A stretch of 64,000 bases of DNA. Source: Patescibacteria group bacterium (GTDB lineage: Bacteria; Patescibacteriota; Patescibacteriia; Buchananbacterales; UBA6539). A program made the translations under genes and the position numbers. The notes below the pieces were generated by a model. That model was not told the DNA's origin. It was given only the letters and a program-made list of their open reading frames with translations, and ran no database searches. Positions 9,207-17,785 of the stretch are shown here, one piece after another. Location: NCBI GenBank assembly GCA_028688055.1, contig JAQTYZ010000001.1:178910-242909 (forward strand), read 5' to 3'. Positions within the stretch are counted from its first letter, which is position 1. The number at the start of each line of letters is the position of its first letter.

Positions 9207-9890
9207 ATGGCCAAAACTTTAGTAATGTCATTGGGCGGTTCGCTCATTGCGCCGGACGGACTTGATATCGATTTTCTAAAGAAATTTAGAACGGTCATTA
9301 TTAATTTTGTAAAAAAAGGTAATCGCGTCGTCTTAATCACTGGCGGTGGTAATACCTCGAGAACTTATCAAAAAGCGGCCAAAAAAATTAACCCCAAAAT
9401 TTCATCAACCGACTTGGACTGGATTGGTATTGGCGCCACCAGAATAAACGGTGAATTAGTTAGCGGTATTTTTGGCGATTTAGCCTATGAAAGCATTTTG
9501 TTTGATCCAAGAAAAAAGATTAAAACTAGCCGACCAATAATCGTGGGTGCCGGTTACAAGCCAGGTTCGTCATCCGATAAAGACGCCGTGCTTTCCGCTA
9601 AAGCCTTTGGTGCTAAAACAGTCATTAATCTATCCAATATTACCTACGTCTATGACAAAGACCCGTCGAAATTTAAAGATGCCAAACCGCAGGAGAAAAT
9701 GACCTGGCACGAGTTCAAAAAGCTTGTGGGCAGCAAATGGGTCCCCGGGGCTCATGTACCGTTTGATCCGATTGCCACTCGCTTAGCGGAGAGGTGGGGG
9801 ATGAATCTCGTTGTGATGAAAGGTAGTGATCTGGATAACCTTAAAAAGTATCTTGCCGGACAGGATTTTAAAGGGACAGTTATTCTATAA
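9207..9890 (+). CDS. pyrH: Amino-acid-kinase-fold protein, UMP kinase-like
   Basis: MSLGGSLIAPDG start, VLITGGGNTSR, VGAGYKPGSSSD ... YVYDKDP pattern of uridylate kinases. Identity as UMPK versus a related kinase is uncertain. Confidence 0.5.
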   Translation: MAKTLVMSLGGSLIAPDGLDIDFLKKFRTVIINFVKKGNRVVLITGGGNTSRTYQKAAKKINPKISSTDLDWIGIGATRINGELVSGIFGDLAYESILFDPRKKIKTSRPIIVGAGYKPGSSSDKDAVLSAKAFGAKTVINLSNITYVYDKDPSKFKDAKPQEKMTWHEFKKLVGSKWVPGAHVPFDPIATRLAERWGMNLVVMKGSDLDNLKKYLAGQDFKGTVIL

Positions 9891-10079
9891 TATTTTATCT
9901 TGTAGCGGCCGATTATTTGAAGAAACAATTTTGACCGTTCAATTATTTATTGACAAATCTGCCAAGTTTGTTATGATTAAGTCAAATACAAGCTTTAGCC
10001 AAAGACCGTAGGGGTAAATTTACTTAAATAAGCCAAAAGCTGCCCTGCGTAGGTATCATCCTCGCCCTTTTGGGTCTGT

Positions 10080-10106
10080 CTGCGGTTACTGCCGCAGTAT
10101 TTTTTA
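10080..10106 (+). terminator. rplJ leader attenuator/terminator hairpin (CTGCGG-loop-CCGCAG followed by a T-run)
   Basis: 6-bp GC stem followed by TATTTTTTAT, 17 nt upstream of the rplJ ATG within a 230-nt untranslated leader. Confidence 0.35.
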
Positions 10107-10122
10107 TCATTAAGTAATAATT

Positions 10123-10650
10123 ATGGCTAAAACCAGAAAAGAGAAAGAAGCCGCCTTACAGGATTTGGTCGATCGCGTTGCTCGCGCCAAGTCACTGGTA
10201 TTTGTCAATTTTGACAAACTTAAGGTGAAGGAAATCGAGGAGTTGCGAAAAAAATGCCGTGAGGAGGGCGTCGACTACCTGGTTGCCAAAAAAACGCTGA
10301 TGAATCTGGCCTTTAAAGAACAAGGCATTATCGGCGTTGATTCGAAGGCAATTGATAAGGGCGTCGCTACGGTTTTCGGCTACGACGATGAAGTGGCTCC
10401 GGCCAGAATCATCCAGTCATATGCCAAAGACCATGAAGCCTTGGTGGCCGTTGGCGGAGTTTTAGAAAATAACTTTGTTGACAGCGCTAAGATCGTTGAA
10501 TTATCTAAGTTGCCGTCACGTGATCAATTAATTGCGAAAGTGGTTGGTTCAATTAAAGCTCCAGTGTCAGGATTCGTCAACGTTTTGTCAGGCAACTTAC
10601 GAGGCTTGGTCTATATTCTTAATTCAATCAAGGACGCCAAGATCAATTAA
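10123..10650 (+). CDS. rplJ: 50S ribosomal protein L10
   Basis: [30 protein letters not shown], typical L10; immediately upstream of rplL. Confidence 0.85.
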   Translation: MAKTRKEKEAALQDLVDRVARAKSLVFVNFDKLKVKEIEELRKKCREEGVDYLVAKKTLMNLAFKEQGIIGVDSKAIDKGVATVFGYDDEVAPARIIQSYAKDHEALVAVGGVLENNFVDSAKIVELSKLPSRDQLIAKVVGSIKAPVSGFVNVLSGNLRGLVYILNSIKDAKIN

Positions 10651-10679
10651 TTAATTTAAGAATTATTAACTATAAAATT

Positions 10680-11084
10680 ATGTCAGAAGAAAAAACACAA
10701 GTTGAAGTCCCTGCTAAGTTCAAATCATTAGTAGAGGAAATCGAAAAAATGTCAGTTCTAGATTTAGCCGAATTGGTAAAAATTCTAGAAGAAAAGTTTG
10801 GTGTTTCAGCCGCTGCTCCGATGATGGCTATGGCCGCTCCGGCCGGTGGTGACGCAGGTGCTGCCGAAGAGAAGACTGAATTCACCGTTGAGTTGACTGC
10901 CGCTGGCGATAATAAAATTGGCGTCATTAAAGCTGTTAGAGCTTTAACGGAGCTGGGTTTGAAAGAAGCCAAGGATTTAGTTGATGGCGCGCCTAAGGTC
11001 ATTAAGGAAGGTGTTAAAAAAGAAGACGCTGAAAATATGAAGAAAGTTATTGAAGAAGCTGGTGGTAAAGCTACTTTGAAATAA
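10680..11084 (+). CDS. rplL: 50S ribosomal protein L7/L12
   Basis: Ala-rich hinge and C-terminal domain [28 protein letters not shown] ... [10 protein letters not shown]. Confidence 0.9.
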   Translation: MSEEKTQVEVPAKFKSLVEEIEKMSVLDLAELVKILEEKFGVSAAAPMMAMAAPAGGDAGAAEEKTEFTVELTAAGDNKIGVIKAVRALTELGLKEAKDLVDGAPKVIKEGVKKEDAENMKKVIEEAGGKATLK

Positions 11085-11100
11085 TTATCCTCTGAAAAAT

Positions 11101-11127
11101 GCCCCGCACTTGCGGGGCATTTTTTTG
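11101..11127. terminator. Bidirectional rho-independent terminator (GCCCCGCA-CT-TGCGGGGC plus T-run)
   Basis: Perfect 8-bp GC stem with an A-run before and a T7 run after. Lies between convergent rplL (+) and the 764-aa gene (-). Confidence 0.7.
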
Positions 11128-11142
11128 TTGAATAAAATTAGT

Positions 11143-13437
11143 CTATAAATGTTCAAGCGGCACGCCATAGACCGTCGAACCGCTGATGGCATAGGCTTTT
11201 TTATTCTTTTCATCAACTGAAAAATCTTTAAGGTTAGTGAAGGATTCAGAGCGATATTGATTTATTAGTTTACCTTGTTTGTCAAAAATCACCAGTCTGT
11301 TGTTGGTTGGGTCAAGGACATAAATAAATTTAGAGCCGTCAGGTATTTTAATTTTGGTTGGGTTAGACATCGGTGGATCAATCGCCCCGACTTTAAATCC
11401 TTGAACAACGCCATTTTCCAGTTTTAAAACTTGCCCGTCATTTTTTAGAATATAAACAGCGCCGTCAACGGTTAGCGCAGTCGCGCCAGCAATTTTAGTG
11501 CTGTCATCCTTATACCATTCTGAGTCGGCCACAAAGCCGCTGCCCGATGGCCGAAAACGATAAATTTGTCGCTTATTTTCCGATAGTATATATAAACGGC
11601 CATTGAAGTAACCCAAGTCATTAATATTTATGTCGGGGGCATAATTGATATCAGTTGCCGTCAGTTTTCCATCTTTGGCTGAAAATTTAAAAAACTTTTT
11701 GTGATCATCAACAAATATTATCTCATTGTTTTGACCCACAACCGCTGCGGTAAAGGTACCCTGACCTTGATTGCCGGAACTTACTTGCGAACCGATTCGT
11801 CCGTCAATACTGATTTTATATATTTGTTTATCGTTTGAGTTTTGGTCATATATTTCGCGGCCCATTTGGACAGCCGCACTACTTAAACTGCCATTAGGGT
11901 CAAGATTTTGAATATTCAATATTTGAATCGGATCGTTAATAGTGACTAGATGTTGAAGTTTTTCCAATTCGGTTTGGATTTCCGTTGCCAAATCAGCCGC
12001 TGATTTCTTTTGGGTGTCGGTAATGGCTTGATTCGCCGCCAGCAAGTTTTTCGCATCAATCAATAATTGACGCGCTTGATTTTCGTCGCGATAGATTAAG
12101 CTTGATTCGGCGTCATTTTTTTTGTTGCTAACGTCGTCAATAATTTTGTCAAAACTCATTACTTTTTTATCATAATTATTTTTAACACCAATCCAGATAA
12201 TGCTTTGGCTGAAAACGATAACCAATATAATGATTGATACCAATAAATATTGGCTTGATTTTGGAAGATGTTTAAATCGAAAATATAAACCGCTAAACAT
12301 TTTAGTTAAGATCCGGCTACTCAACGTGTAAAACGGAATTTTGGCAAGGCCGGATGATAGCTTGCTAAAATTTGTTTTAGCAGGGCTAGTCAGTGATCTA
12401 AGGCGATGTTGCATATCTGCGAAAACCCCAGGTTTTATTTTGGGCAGTGGCAAGCTGATATTTGGTAGCTTTATTTTTGGTTTAAATGATTTGTTCCGAA
12501 GGCTATTAATAGGGTTAGTATTACCCCTGACTCGGCTTAAATAATTTTGGGTTGCTTTTTTGAAAGAAGCTAGATATTTTTTTACTTCCGGTAGCAGCGA
12601 AGGAGTAAGAAGTTTTTCAGTTTCTCTTTCGGTATTCATTAGTTCCTTGATTGAATCCTTTGAGGCTGCTTCTTGATAATTAATTCGGTCAATTGAGACG
12701 GTTGGCTCTTTGGGAACAATGACGCGTTTTTCTAGCTCTACTGCCATCACGGCGAAATTTTCCTGATTGTTAATTTGCTCTAGTAACTGCTTTAATTGCA
12801 TAACTCCTTCGGTCGGATTGCTAGCAGTGATAATATTTTTTAACCTTTCAAACGAAAAATAGTCAAAAGTATTTGTCGTTGACACTAACAGGACATCACG
12901 CGGCCGAACACGGCCGCTGATTACTTGGGCAAACATTTTTAGCGGATCGGGTGTTTCTAGTCCAATTTGGCTGTCTTCGCCGACATTAATAATCCGAAAA
13001 GTATTTTTTGCCGACGAATAAAATAAAATGACCCCCATTTTGCCGACGGTCGTAAAATGAATATCTTGGTTTCTGACTACCGCAATAATAATATTAATTT
13101 TATCTAAGTCTAGCGTAATTTGTTCACTTTCGATAAAAGACGCAATCGCCAGGTTGGTTTTTTTTAAAACCAACTCAAATAATTCGCTTAATGACAATGG
13201 TTCGACTTCAGCCGCACTTTTGTTGTCGTAAAAGTTATTTTTAATTTCATCAATTATAAAATCAATCAAATCAGGAATTTTTTCGTGCGTTGATTGAATT
13301 TCGATTAGCCCAAATATTTTACCTCGACTGTTCAGTAAATCGCGATTCGGCTTCGTGGTAAATGTTCGGACAAAATTTTTGGAATTGCCAGCGGTTTCGA
13401 CAACCAGCTGGTTTATTTTTGCTTCTAGATATTCCAT
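11143..13437 (-). CDS. Large membrane-anchored protein with N-terminal PP2C/SpoIIE-like domain, one TM helix and C-terminal beta-propeller-like repeats
   Basis: N-terminal region has a degenerate PP2C-like pattern; TM YLLVSIIILVIVFSQSIIWIGV; C-terminal repeats (GRLYILSENKRQIYRF, GAVYILKNDGQVLKL, KFIYVLDPTNNRLVIFD) resemble NHL/YVTN propeller blades. Confidence 0.45.
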   Translation of the reverse strand: MEYLEAKINQLVVETAGNSKNFVRTFTTKPNRDLLNSRGKIFGLIEIQSTHEKIPDLIDFIIDEIKNNFYDNKSAAEVEPLSLSELFELVLKKTNLAIASFIESEQITLDLDKINIIIAVVRNQDIHFTTVGKMGVILFYSSAKNTFRIINVGEDSQIGLETPDPLKMFAQVISGRVRPRDVLLVSTTNTFDYFSFERLKNIITASNPTEGVMQLKQLLEQINNQENFAVMAVELEKRVIVPKEPTVSIDRINYQEAASKDSIKELMNTERETEKLLTPSLLPEVKKYLASFKKATQNYLSRVRGNTNPINSLRNKSFKPKIKLPNISLPLPKIKPGVFADMQHRLRSLTSPAKTNFSKLSSGLAKIPFYTLSSRILTKMFSGLYFRFKHLPKSSQYLLVSIIILVIVFSQSIIWIGVKNNYDKKVMSFDKIIDDVSNKKNDAESSLIYRDENQARQLLIDAKNLLAANQAITDTQKKSAADLATEIQTELEKLQHLVTINDPIQILNIQNLDPNGSLSSAAVQMGREIYDQNSNDKQIYKISIDGRIGSQVSSGNQGQGTFTAAVVGQNNEIIFVDDHKKFFKFSAKDGKLTATDINYAPDININDLGYFNGRLYILSENKRQIYRFRPSGSGFVADSEWYKDDSTKIAGATALTVDGAVYILKNDGQVLKLENGVVQGFKVGAIDPPMSNPTKIKIPDGSKFIYVLDPTNNRLVIFDKQGKLINQYRSESFTNLKDFSVDEKNKKAYAISGSTVYGVPLEHL

Positions 13438-13462
13438 TTATTCTAGTTTTATCGCTCTTGGT

Positions 13463-13491
13463 TTGTCACAACTGAGTGTTTATATTATACT
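13463..13491 (+). promoter_or_regulatory. Candidate sigma70-type promoter (TTGTCA-17-TATACT)
   Basis: Near-consensus hexamers with a 17-nt spacer in the divergent intergenic region upstream of the 13537 gene. Confidence 0.35.
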
Positions 13492-13536
13492 ATAAAAGGC
13501 GAGCATCGTAAATCTCGCTCCAACTTGACTATTTTT

Positions 13537-14154
13537 ATGCTTGAACAACTATTTGGTTCAAAGACTAGATTAAAATTGCTGCGCCTTTTTTTGAATAATC
13601 CGACGCAGCCCTATTATTTGCGTGAATTGGCGAGAACCTTAAAGACCCAGTTAAATTCGGTGAGGCGAGAAGTGGTCAATTTGGAAAAAATTGGTATCGT
13701 TAAGTCGGTGGCCATGACTGAAGAGTTAGTAAAGACAGCCAAGGGTAAGAAAAAAAAGGAACAGGGCGGTGCGAAGAAGTATTTTTTGGCCGATACGGAG
13801 TTTATTCTGTACCCGGAGTTAAAGGGGTTGATTTTGAAAGCGCAGTTACTTTTGGAGCGGACGTTCGTTAGCCGCATTGAAAAAATTTCTTCAATTAAGC
13901 TTTTTATTCTAAGCGGCATCTTTGTGGGGATTGAAGAACGTTCAACTGACTTACTAATTGTCGGAAAAGTAAATAAAAATCAGCTAGCTCGGATTATCAA
14001 AGATTTTGAACGTGAATTGAATCGCGATATCAATTATACGGTGATGACTTATCCCGAGTTTAAATACCGCCAGGATATCACCGATAAGTTTTTGTATGAT
14101 ATTTTGGAAAATCGAAAAATTGTCATCGTCGACAAGCTAAATGTCGTCATATGA
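13537..14154 (+). CDS. Hypothetical protein with N-terminal winged-helix-like DNA-binding region
   Basis: LFGSKTRLKLLRLFLNNP ... YLRELARTL resembles an ArsR/wHTH N-terminus; the rest is uncharacterised. Start at M5 of the track ORF. Confidence 0.3.
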   Translation: MLEQLFGSKTRLKLLRLFLNNPTQPYYLRELARTLKTQLNSVRREVVNLEKIGIVKSVAMTEELVKTAKGKKKKEQGGAKKYFLADTEFILYPELKGLILKAQLLLERTFVSRIEKISSIKLFILSGIFVGIEERSTDLLIVGKVNKNQLARIIKDFERELNRDINYTVMTYPEFKYRQDITDKFLYDILENRKIVIVDKLNVVI

Positions 14155-14939
14155 TCAAGAAAGTTTGGTTAAAAAACAACCGTGGCCTTAAAATTGCCGC
14201 TTTAATTGGCTCAGCTAAAAAAGGTCAAGCACCGTTTCCAGTGGTTATCATTTGCCATGGCCTTAAAGGCTGCAAGGAGCAGCAGCATTTGAAGAGTTTA
14301 GCCCAGGTTTTAGAAAAAAACGGCATTATGACCGTGAGATTTGATTTTACCAATGAAGTCGGTCAAAGCGACGGTAGGATTGAAAATGTCAGTTTTACTA
14401 ATGAGCTTGCAGATCTTAAGGCCGTTATTGACTATAGCTGCCATCAAAAAAATATCGATGTCAATCGCATTGGCATTAGCGGCCAGAGTTTAGGTGGCAC
14501 ACTGGTTTTAAACTATGCCCCGCAAGACCGTCGAGTTAAAGTTGTGGTTGATATGGCCGGCCCCGTTTTATTCGGCGGCGGCGGGACCAAATTGGAGAAA
14601 AATATTAAAGCCCAAAATCCCAACGGCTTAAAAAATGGTTATTTCATGGTAACGAGCAAAAGCAAGCACAAAACCTACAAAATCAAAATCGGGTTTTATC
14701 TTGATTTGCTAAAACGTAATACTCTTAGCCAAGTTGCTAAAATAAAAGTGCCCACCTTAGTAGTCCATGGGTCTGATGATATCAGTGTGCCGGTCAAACA
14801 TTCAAAGATGGTGTTCAAGGAGTTAAAATCGGCCAAGAAATTAGCCATTATTAAAGGAGCGCCTCACACTTGGAAAAAACCTGTCGACTATCAGCGGGTC
14901 AACCCGATCGTTTTAGATTGGTTTAAAAAATATTTATGA
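14151..14939 (+). CDS. Alpha/beta hydrolase (dienelactone hydrolase / S9-like)
   Basis: GxSxG nucleophile elbow GISGQSLGG, acid loop VVHGSDD, C-terminal His in GAPHTW. Confidence 0.6.
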   Translation: MIKKVWLKNNRGLKIAALIGSAKKGQAPFPVVIICHGLKGCKEQQHLKSLAQVLEKNGIMTVRFDFTNEVGQSDGRIENVSFTNELADLKAVIDYSCHQKNIDVNRIGISGQSLGGTLVLNYAPQDRRVKVVVDMAGPVLFGGGGTKLEKNIKAQNPNGLKNGYFMVTSKSKHKTYKIKIGFYLDLLKRNTLSQVAKIKVPTLVVHGSDDISVPVKHSKMVFKELKSAKKLAIIKGAPHTWKKPVDYQRVNPIVLDWFKKYL

Positions 14940-15346
14940 TTTTATTAATAAATACCGCTGAATCGGCCGTGGTTTTCGTTGGCCTATTAAATAATGGTAT
15001 TTTAATTGATTCGTTGATCCTTTCCGGTCACCAACGACAATCAGACAAATTGTTAGCTCTAATCGATAAAATTTTGCGAAACAATAAGGTTAAACTTGCA
15101 ACCATCAAGGGGATTGCCGTTGTCAAAGGTCCTGGATCATTTACTTCGTTAAGGATCGGGGTGGTCGTGGCCAACACTTTGGCTTGGAGTCTCAAGTTGC
15201 CGATTTTGGGAGTTTTGGTCTCAGACTTTGAATCAAAATCAAAAATTGTTAAATTGGAGAATAAGATTAAGGCGGCACAAGGGAAGGCGCCAAAGATTAT
15301 CGAACCGGTTTATGGCGCCGAACCAAATATTACTTTAAAGAAATAA
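14936..15346 (+). CDS. tsaB: tRNA threonylcarbamoyladenosine biosynthesis protein TsaB-like (short form)
   Basis: VKGPGSFTSLRIGVVVANTLAWSLKLPILGV matches the TsaB/YeaZ N-terminal domain. Only 136 aa. Confidence 0.55.
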   Translation: MILLINTAESAVVFVGLLNNGILIDSLILSGHQRQSDKLLALIDKILRNNKVKLATIKGIAVVKGPGSFTSLRIGVVVANTLAWSLKLPILGVLVSDFESKSKIVKLENKIKAAQGKAPKIIEPVYGAEPNITLKK

Positions 15347-15347
15347 T

Positions 15348-15725
15348 ATGGAAGCCAAGACAATCTTGTTAGTTGAGGATGACAATGACTTGCTTTTTTT
15401 AATGAATAAAAAGTTGACTGATGAAGGCTTTAAGGTAGCGGCTTTTGAAACCGGTGGCGGGGCGCTTGATTATTTAAAAACTAATAAGCCTGATTTTGCT
15501 ATTTTAGATATCATGTTGCCCGACATTGATGGTTTGACGATTTTAAATGAAATGGCCAAAAATCCAACGACCTGTGAGATTCCCGTAATTATTTTGAGTA
15601 ACTTAGCTGATCAGGGTTCATTTGAACAGGCTGCGGCTATCGGTGATTATGAATATTTGGTCAAGGCTCAGACTGATTTAAACGTTTTGGTAAAAAAAAT
15701 TAAAACTAAGTTGAAGTTAGGCTAG
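15348..15725 (+). CDS. Stand-alone response-regulator receiver (CheY-like REC) domain protein
   Basis: ILLVEDDNDL ... DFAILDIMLPDIDGL ... PVIILSNL with the Asp pocket and phospho-acceptor Asp; no output domain. Confidence 0.75.
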   Translation: MEAKTILLVEDDNDLLFLMNKKLTDEGFKVAAFETGGGALDYLKTNKPDFAILDIMLPDIDGLTILNEMAKNPTTCEIPVIILSNLADQGSFEQAAAIGDYEYLVKAQTDLNVLVKKIKTKLKLG

Positions 15726-15776
15726 CTTATCCACAGTCCAAAGCAGGTAATTGACAAAAAATCTAAATTATATTGA

Positions 15777-15806
15777 AAAAATAGCCAATTTACGGCTATT
15801 TTTTAG
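15777..15806 (+). terminator. Weak terminator hairpin after the REC gene (ATAGCC-loop-GGCTAT plus T6)
   Basis: Short A/T-extended stem followed by TTTTTT. Confidence 0.3.
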
Positions 15807-15819
15807 TGTTTCAAAGTGG

Positions 15820-15848
15820 TTGACAGTGGTGGTTTGGTGGGGTAAAAT
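15820..15848 (+). promoter_or_regulatory. Near-consensus sigma70 promoter of the mraZ/dcw operon (TTGACA-17-TAAAAT)
   Basis: Consensus -35 hexamer, 17-nt spacer, TAAAAT -10; about 110 nt upstream of the mraZ ATG. Confidence 0.5.
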
Positions 15849-15856
15849 ATGATTGT

Positions 15857-15886
15857 AGTGGTAGAAAGTGGATGAAAGTGGGGATA
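15857..15886 (+). repeat. Three direct repeats AGTGGnnGAA with exact 10-bp phasing (MraZ-box-like operator)
   Basis: AGTGGTAGAA / AGTGGATGAA / AGTGGGGATA immediately downstream of the -10. MraZ is known to bind phased GTGG(G)-type direct repeats in its own promoter. Confidence 0.45.
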
Positions 15887-15958
15887 ATGGTTTGAATCTG
15901 TGGATATCATTATAAACTAGCGAAATAATAAAAATTACAAACCAGAAATAAAAATAAA

Positions 15959-16390
15959 ATGTTTATTGGAGAATATCAGCACAATATCGACGAAAAAGGA
16001 CGCTTAGCGGTTCCCGCCAAGTTTCGTCAGAAATTAGCTAAAGGGGCAGTTGTCACCAAAGGGTTAGATGATTGTCTTTTTTTGTATACGCGTGAAGAGT
16101 GGGAGAAGTTAGCTGAAAAACTGGCCGCGTTGCCCATCTCCAAGGCTAATACTCGAGCTTTTTCTCGTTTGATGTTGGCCGGAGCGATGGATGTTGATAT
16201 CGACAAACAAGGCCGTATGCTGATTCCTGATTATCTTAGAAATTATGCGGCGATGAAAAAGAAAGTTGTTATTACAGGTTTGTATAGCCGTTTGGAAATT
16301 TGGGATGAGGACAAGTGGAATAGATACAAGAAAGGTACCGAGAAGAAGAGTGGTGATATTGCTGAAGCCTTAGGTGAAATTGGTGTTTAG
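15959..16390 (+). CDS. mraZ: Transcriptional regulator MraZ
   Basis: MFIGEYQHNIDEKGRLAVPAKFR and a second DxxxR repeat; first gene of the dcw cluster. Confidence 0.9.
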   Translation: MFIGEYQHNIDEKGRLAVPAKFRQKLAKGAVVTKGLDDCLFLYTREEWEKLAEKLAALPISKANTRAFSRLMLAGAMDVDIDKQGRMLIPDYLRNYAAMKKKVVITGLYSRLEIWDEDKWNRYKKGTEKKSGDIAEALGEIGV

Positions 16391-16402
16391 ATTCTTTAAC
16401 TT

Positions 16403-17338
16403 ATGACATATTCACACCAACCGGTGATGACCGCCGAAGTAATCCATTATTTGGGCTTGCAGTCAGGTGCGGTTGTGGTTGATGGGACACTTGGTGGTGG
16501 CGGTCATCTGTCAGAGATTTTAAGTCGAATTTTGCCAGGGGGTAAAGTTGTCGGTATTGATTTAGACTCAGCTGCCCTGAAGGCTGCCACGGAAAAAATA
16601 AAAAATAAAAAAAACGTTATCTTGGTTCAAGATAATTTCAAAAACATAAAAAAAATCGCTGATGAACACAAGTTGGATCGAATTAACGGTTTCTTACTTG
16701 ACCTTGGCCTATCCAGTGGTCAGCTTCAAGATAGCGAGCGTGGTTTCAGCTTTCTGGCCGCTGGGTCGCTAGACATGAGATTTAATGACAATAATGGTAT
16801 CACCGCCGCCGAAATTTTGAACACTTACGATCAAAAACATTTAATCAAAATTTTTTCAGAATATGGTGAAGAAAAATTAGCCGTTCCGATTGCCAAAAAA
16901 ATAGTTGACGCCAGGAAAAATAAACCTTTTAAAAATCCTCAGGATTTAGTGGAAATTATCGCTGGCGCTTATCATCGTTATTTCAGGCAGCAGTCAAAAA
17001 TGAATCCGGCCACCAAAGTTTTTCAAGCGCTACGAATTGAAGTCAACGGTGAACTGGAAAATTTAAAAACGTTTTTACCGGCGGCGGTCAAACTGTCCGT
17101 TCCAGGTGCGAGGCTAGTCATTATCAGCTACCATTCGCTGGAAGACAAGCTGGTGAAAGATTTTTTCCGAACGGAAAGCCGCGATTGCATCTGTCCGCCG
17201 TCAATGCCATTGTGTCAATGTGGGCACCATAAAACTTTAAAAATTATTACTAAAAAACCAATTGTTCCCAATGACGCTGAAGTTGCCCTAAACCCCAGGG
17301 CGCGCAGCGCTAAACTAAGGGTTGCCGAAAAAATTTAA
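16403..17338 (+). CDS. rsmH: 16S rRNA (cytosine1402-N4)-methyltransferase RsmH (MraW)
   Basis: VDGTLGGGGH SAM motif; position after mraZ. Confidence 0.9.
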   Translation: MTYSHQPVMTAEVIHYLGLQSGAVVVDGTLGGGGHLSEILSRILPGGKVVGIDLDSAALKAATEKIKNKKNVILVQDNFKNIKKIADEHKLDRINGFLLDLGLSSGQLQDSERGFSFLAAGSLDMRFNDNNGITAAEILNTYDQKHLIKIFSEYGEEKLAVPIAKKIVDARKNKPFKNPQDLVEIIAGAYHRYFRQQSKMNPATKVFQALRIEVNGELENLKTFLPAAVKLSVPGARLVIISYHSLEDKLVKDFFRTESRDCICPPSMPLCQCGHHKTLKIITKKPIVPNDAEVALNPRARSAKLRVAEKI

Positions 17339-17361
17339 AATCAAAAAATAAATATAAATGT

Positions 17362-17721
17362 ATGACTAAATTTCTCTCCATCGGCCAAGCCGCCAAACAA
17401 AAAACACCGATCCGACGAAACGCTAAAATTTTAAAAACTAAATCAAAATCAAAATTTTTTAATTTTGTCATGATGACAATAATTGGTGTAATGTTTTTTG
17501 GTTATCTGGTCCAGGTTAACAGTCTGGCGACCAAAGGTTATCAAATTAAAGCGTTACAGGGTAAGGTTACCGATCTGAAGCAGCAGCAGGATGATTTGCA
17601 GCTTCAGGCTTTGAGTCTGCAGTCAATGGGCGCGGTGCAGGATAAGGTTAATAGCCTTAAAATGGTCGATGCTGGCAAGAGCGATTATTTGGTTGAAAAG
17701 CCAGTAGCGGTAGCTCGGTAG
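17362..17721 (+). CDS. FtsL-like cell division protein
   Basis: Single TM (FNFVMMTIIGVMFFGYLVQV) followed by a Leu/Gln-rich coiled coil; canonical position between rsmH and ftsI. Confidence 0.5.
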   Translation: MTKFLSIGQAAKQKTPIRRNAKILKTKSKSKFFNFVMMTIIGVMFFGYLVQVNSLATKGYQIKALQGKVTDLKQQQDDLQLQALSLQSMGAVQDKVNSLKMVDAGKSDYLVEKPVAVAR

Positions 17722-17745
17722 TAGTCGTTGGAATATATCTATTTG

Positions 17746-17772
17746 GCCCCAGCTAATGGCTATTAGCGGGGC
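17746..17772 (+). other. Stable hairpin (GCCCCaGCTAAT-GGCT-ATTAGCGGGGC) between the ftsL-like gene and ftsI
   Basis: 11-bp stem with one bulge, no U-tract; possible processing or regulatory structure. Confidence 0.3.
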
Positions 17773-17785
17773 TTAATTAAAAATA

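Noticed and set aside
9826-10011. 61-aa ORF after pyrH-like gene
   Set aside because: Lies in the rplJ leader region, overlaps the end of the preceding gene, and has no RBS; likely spurious.
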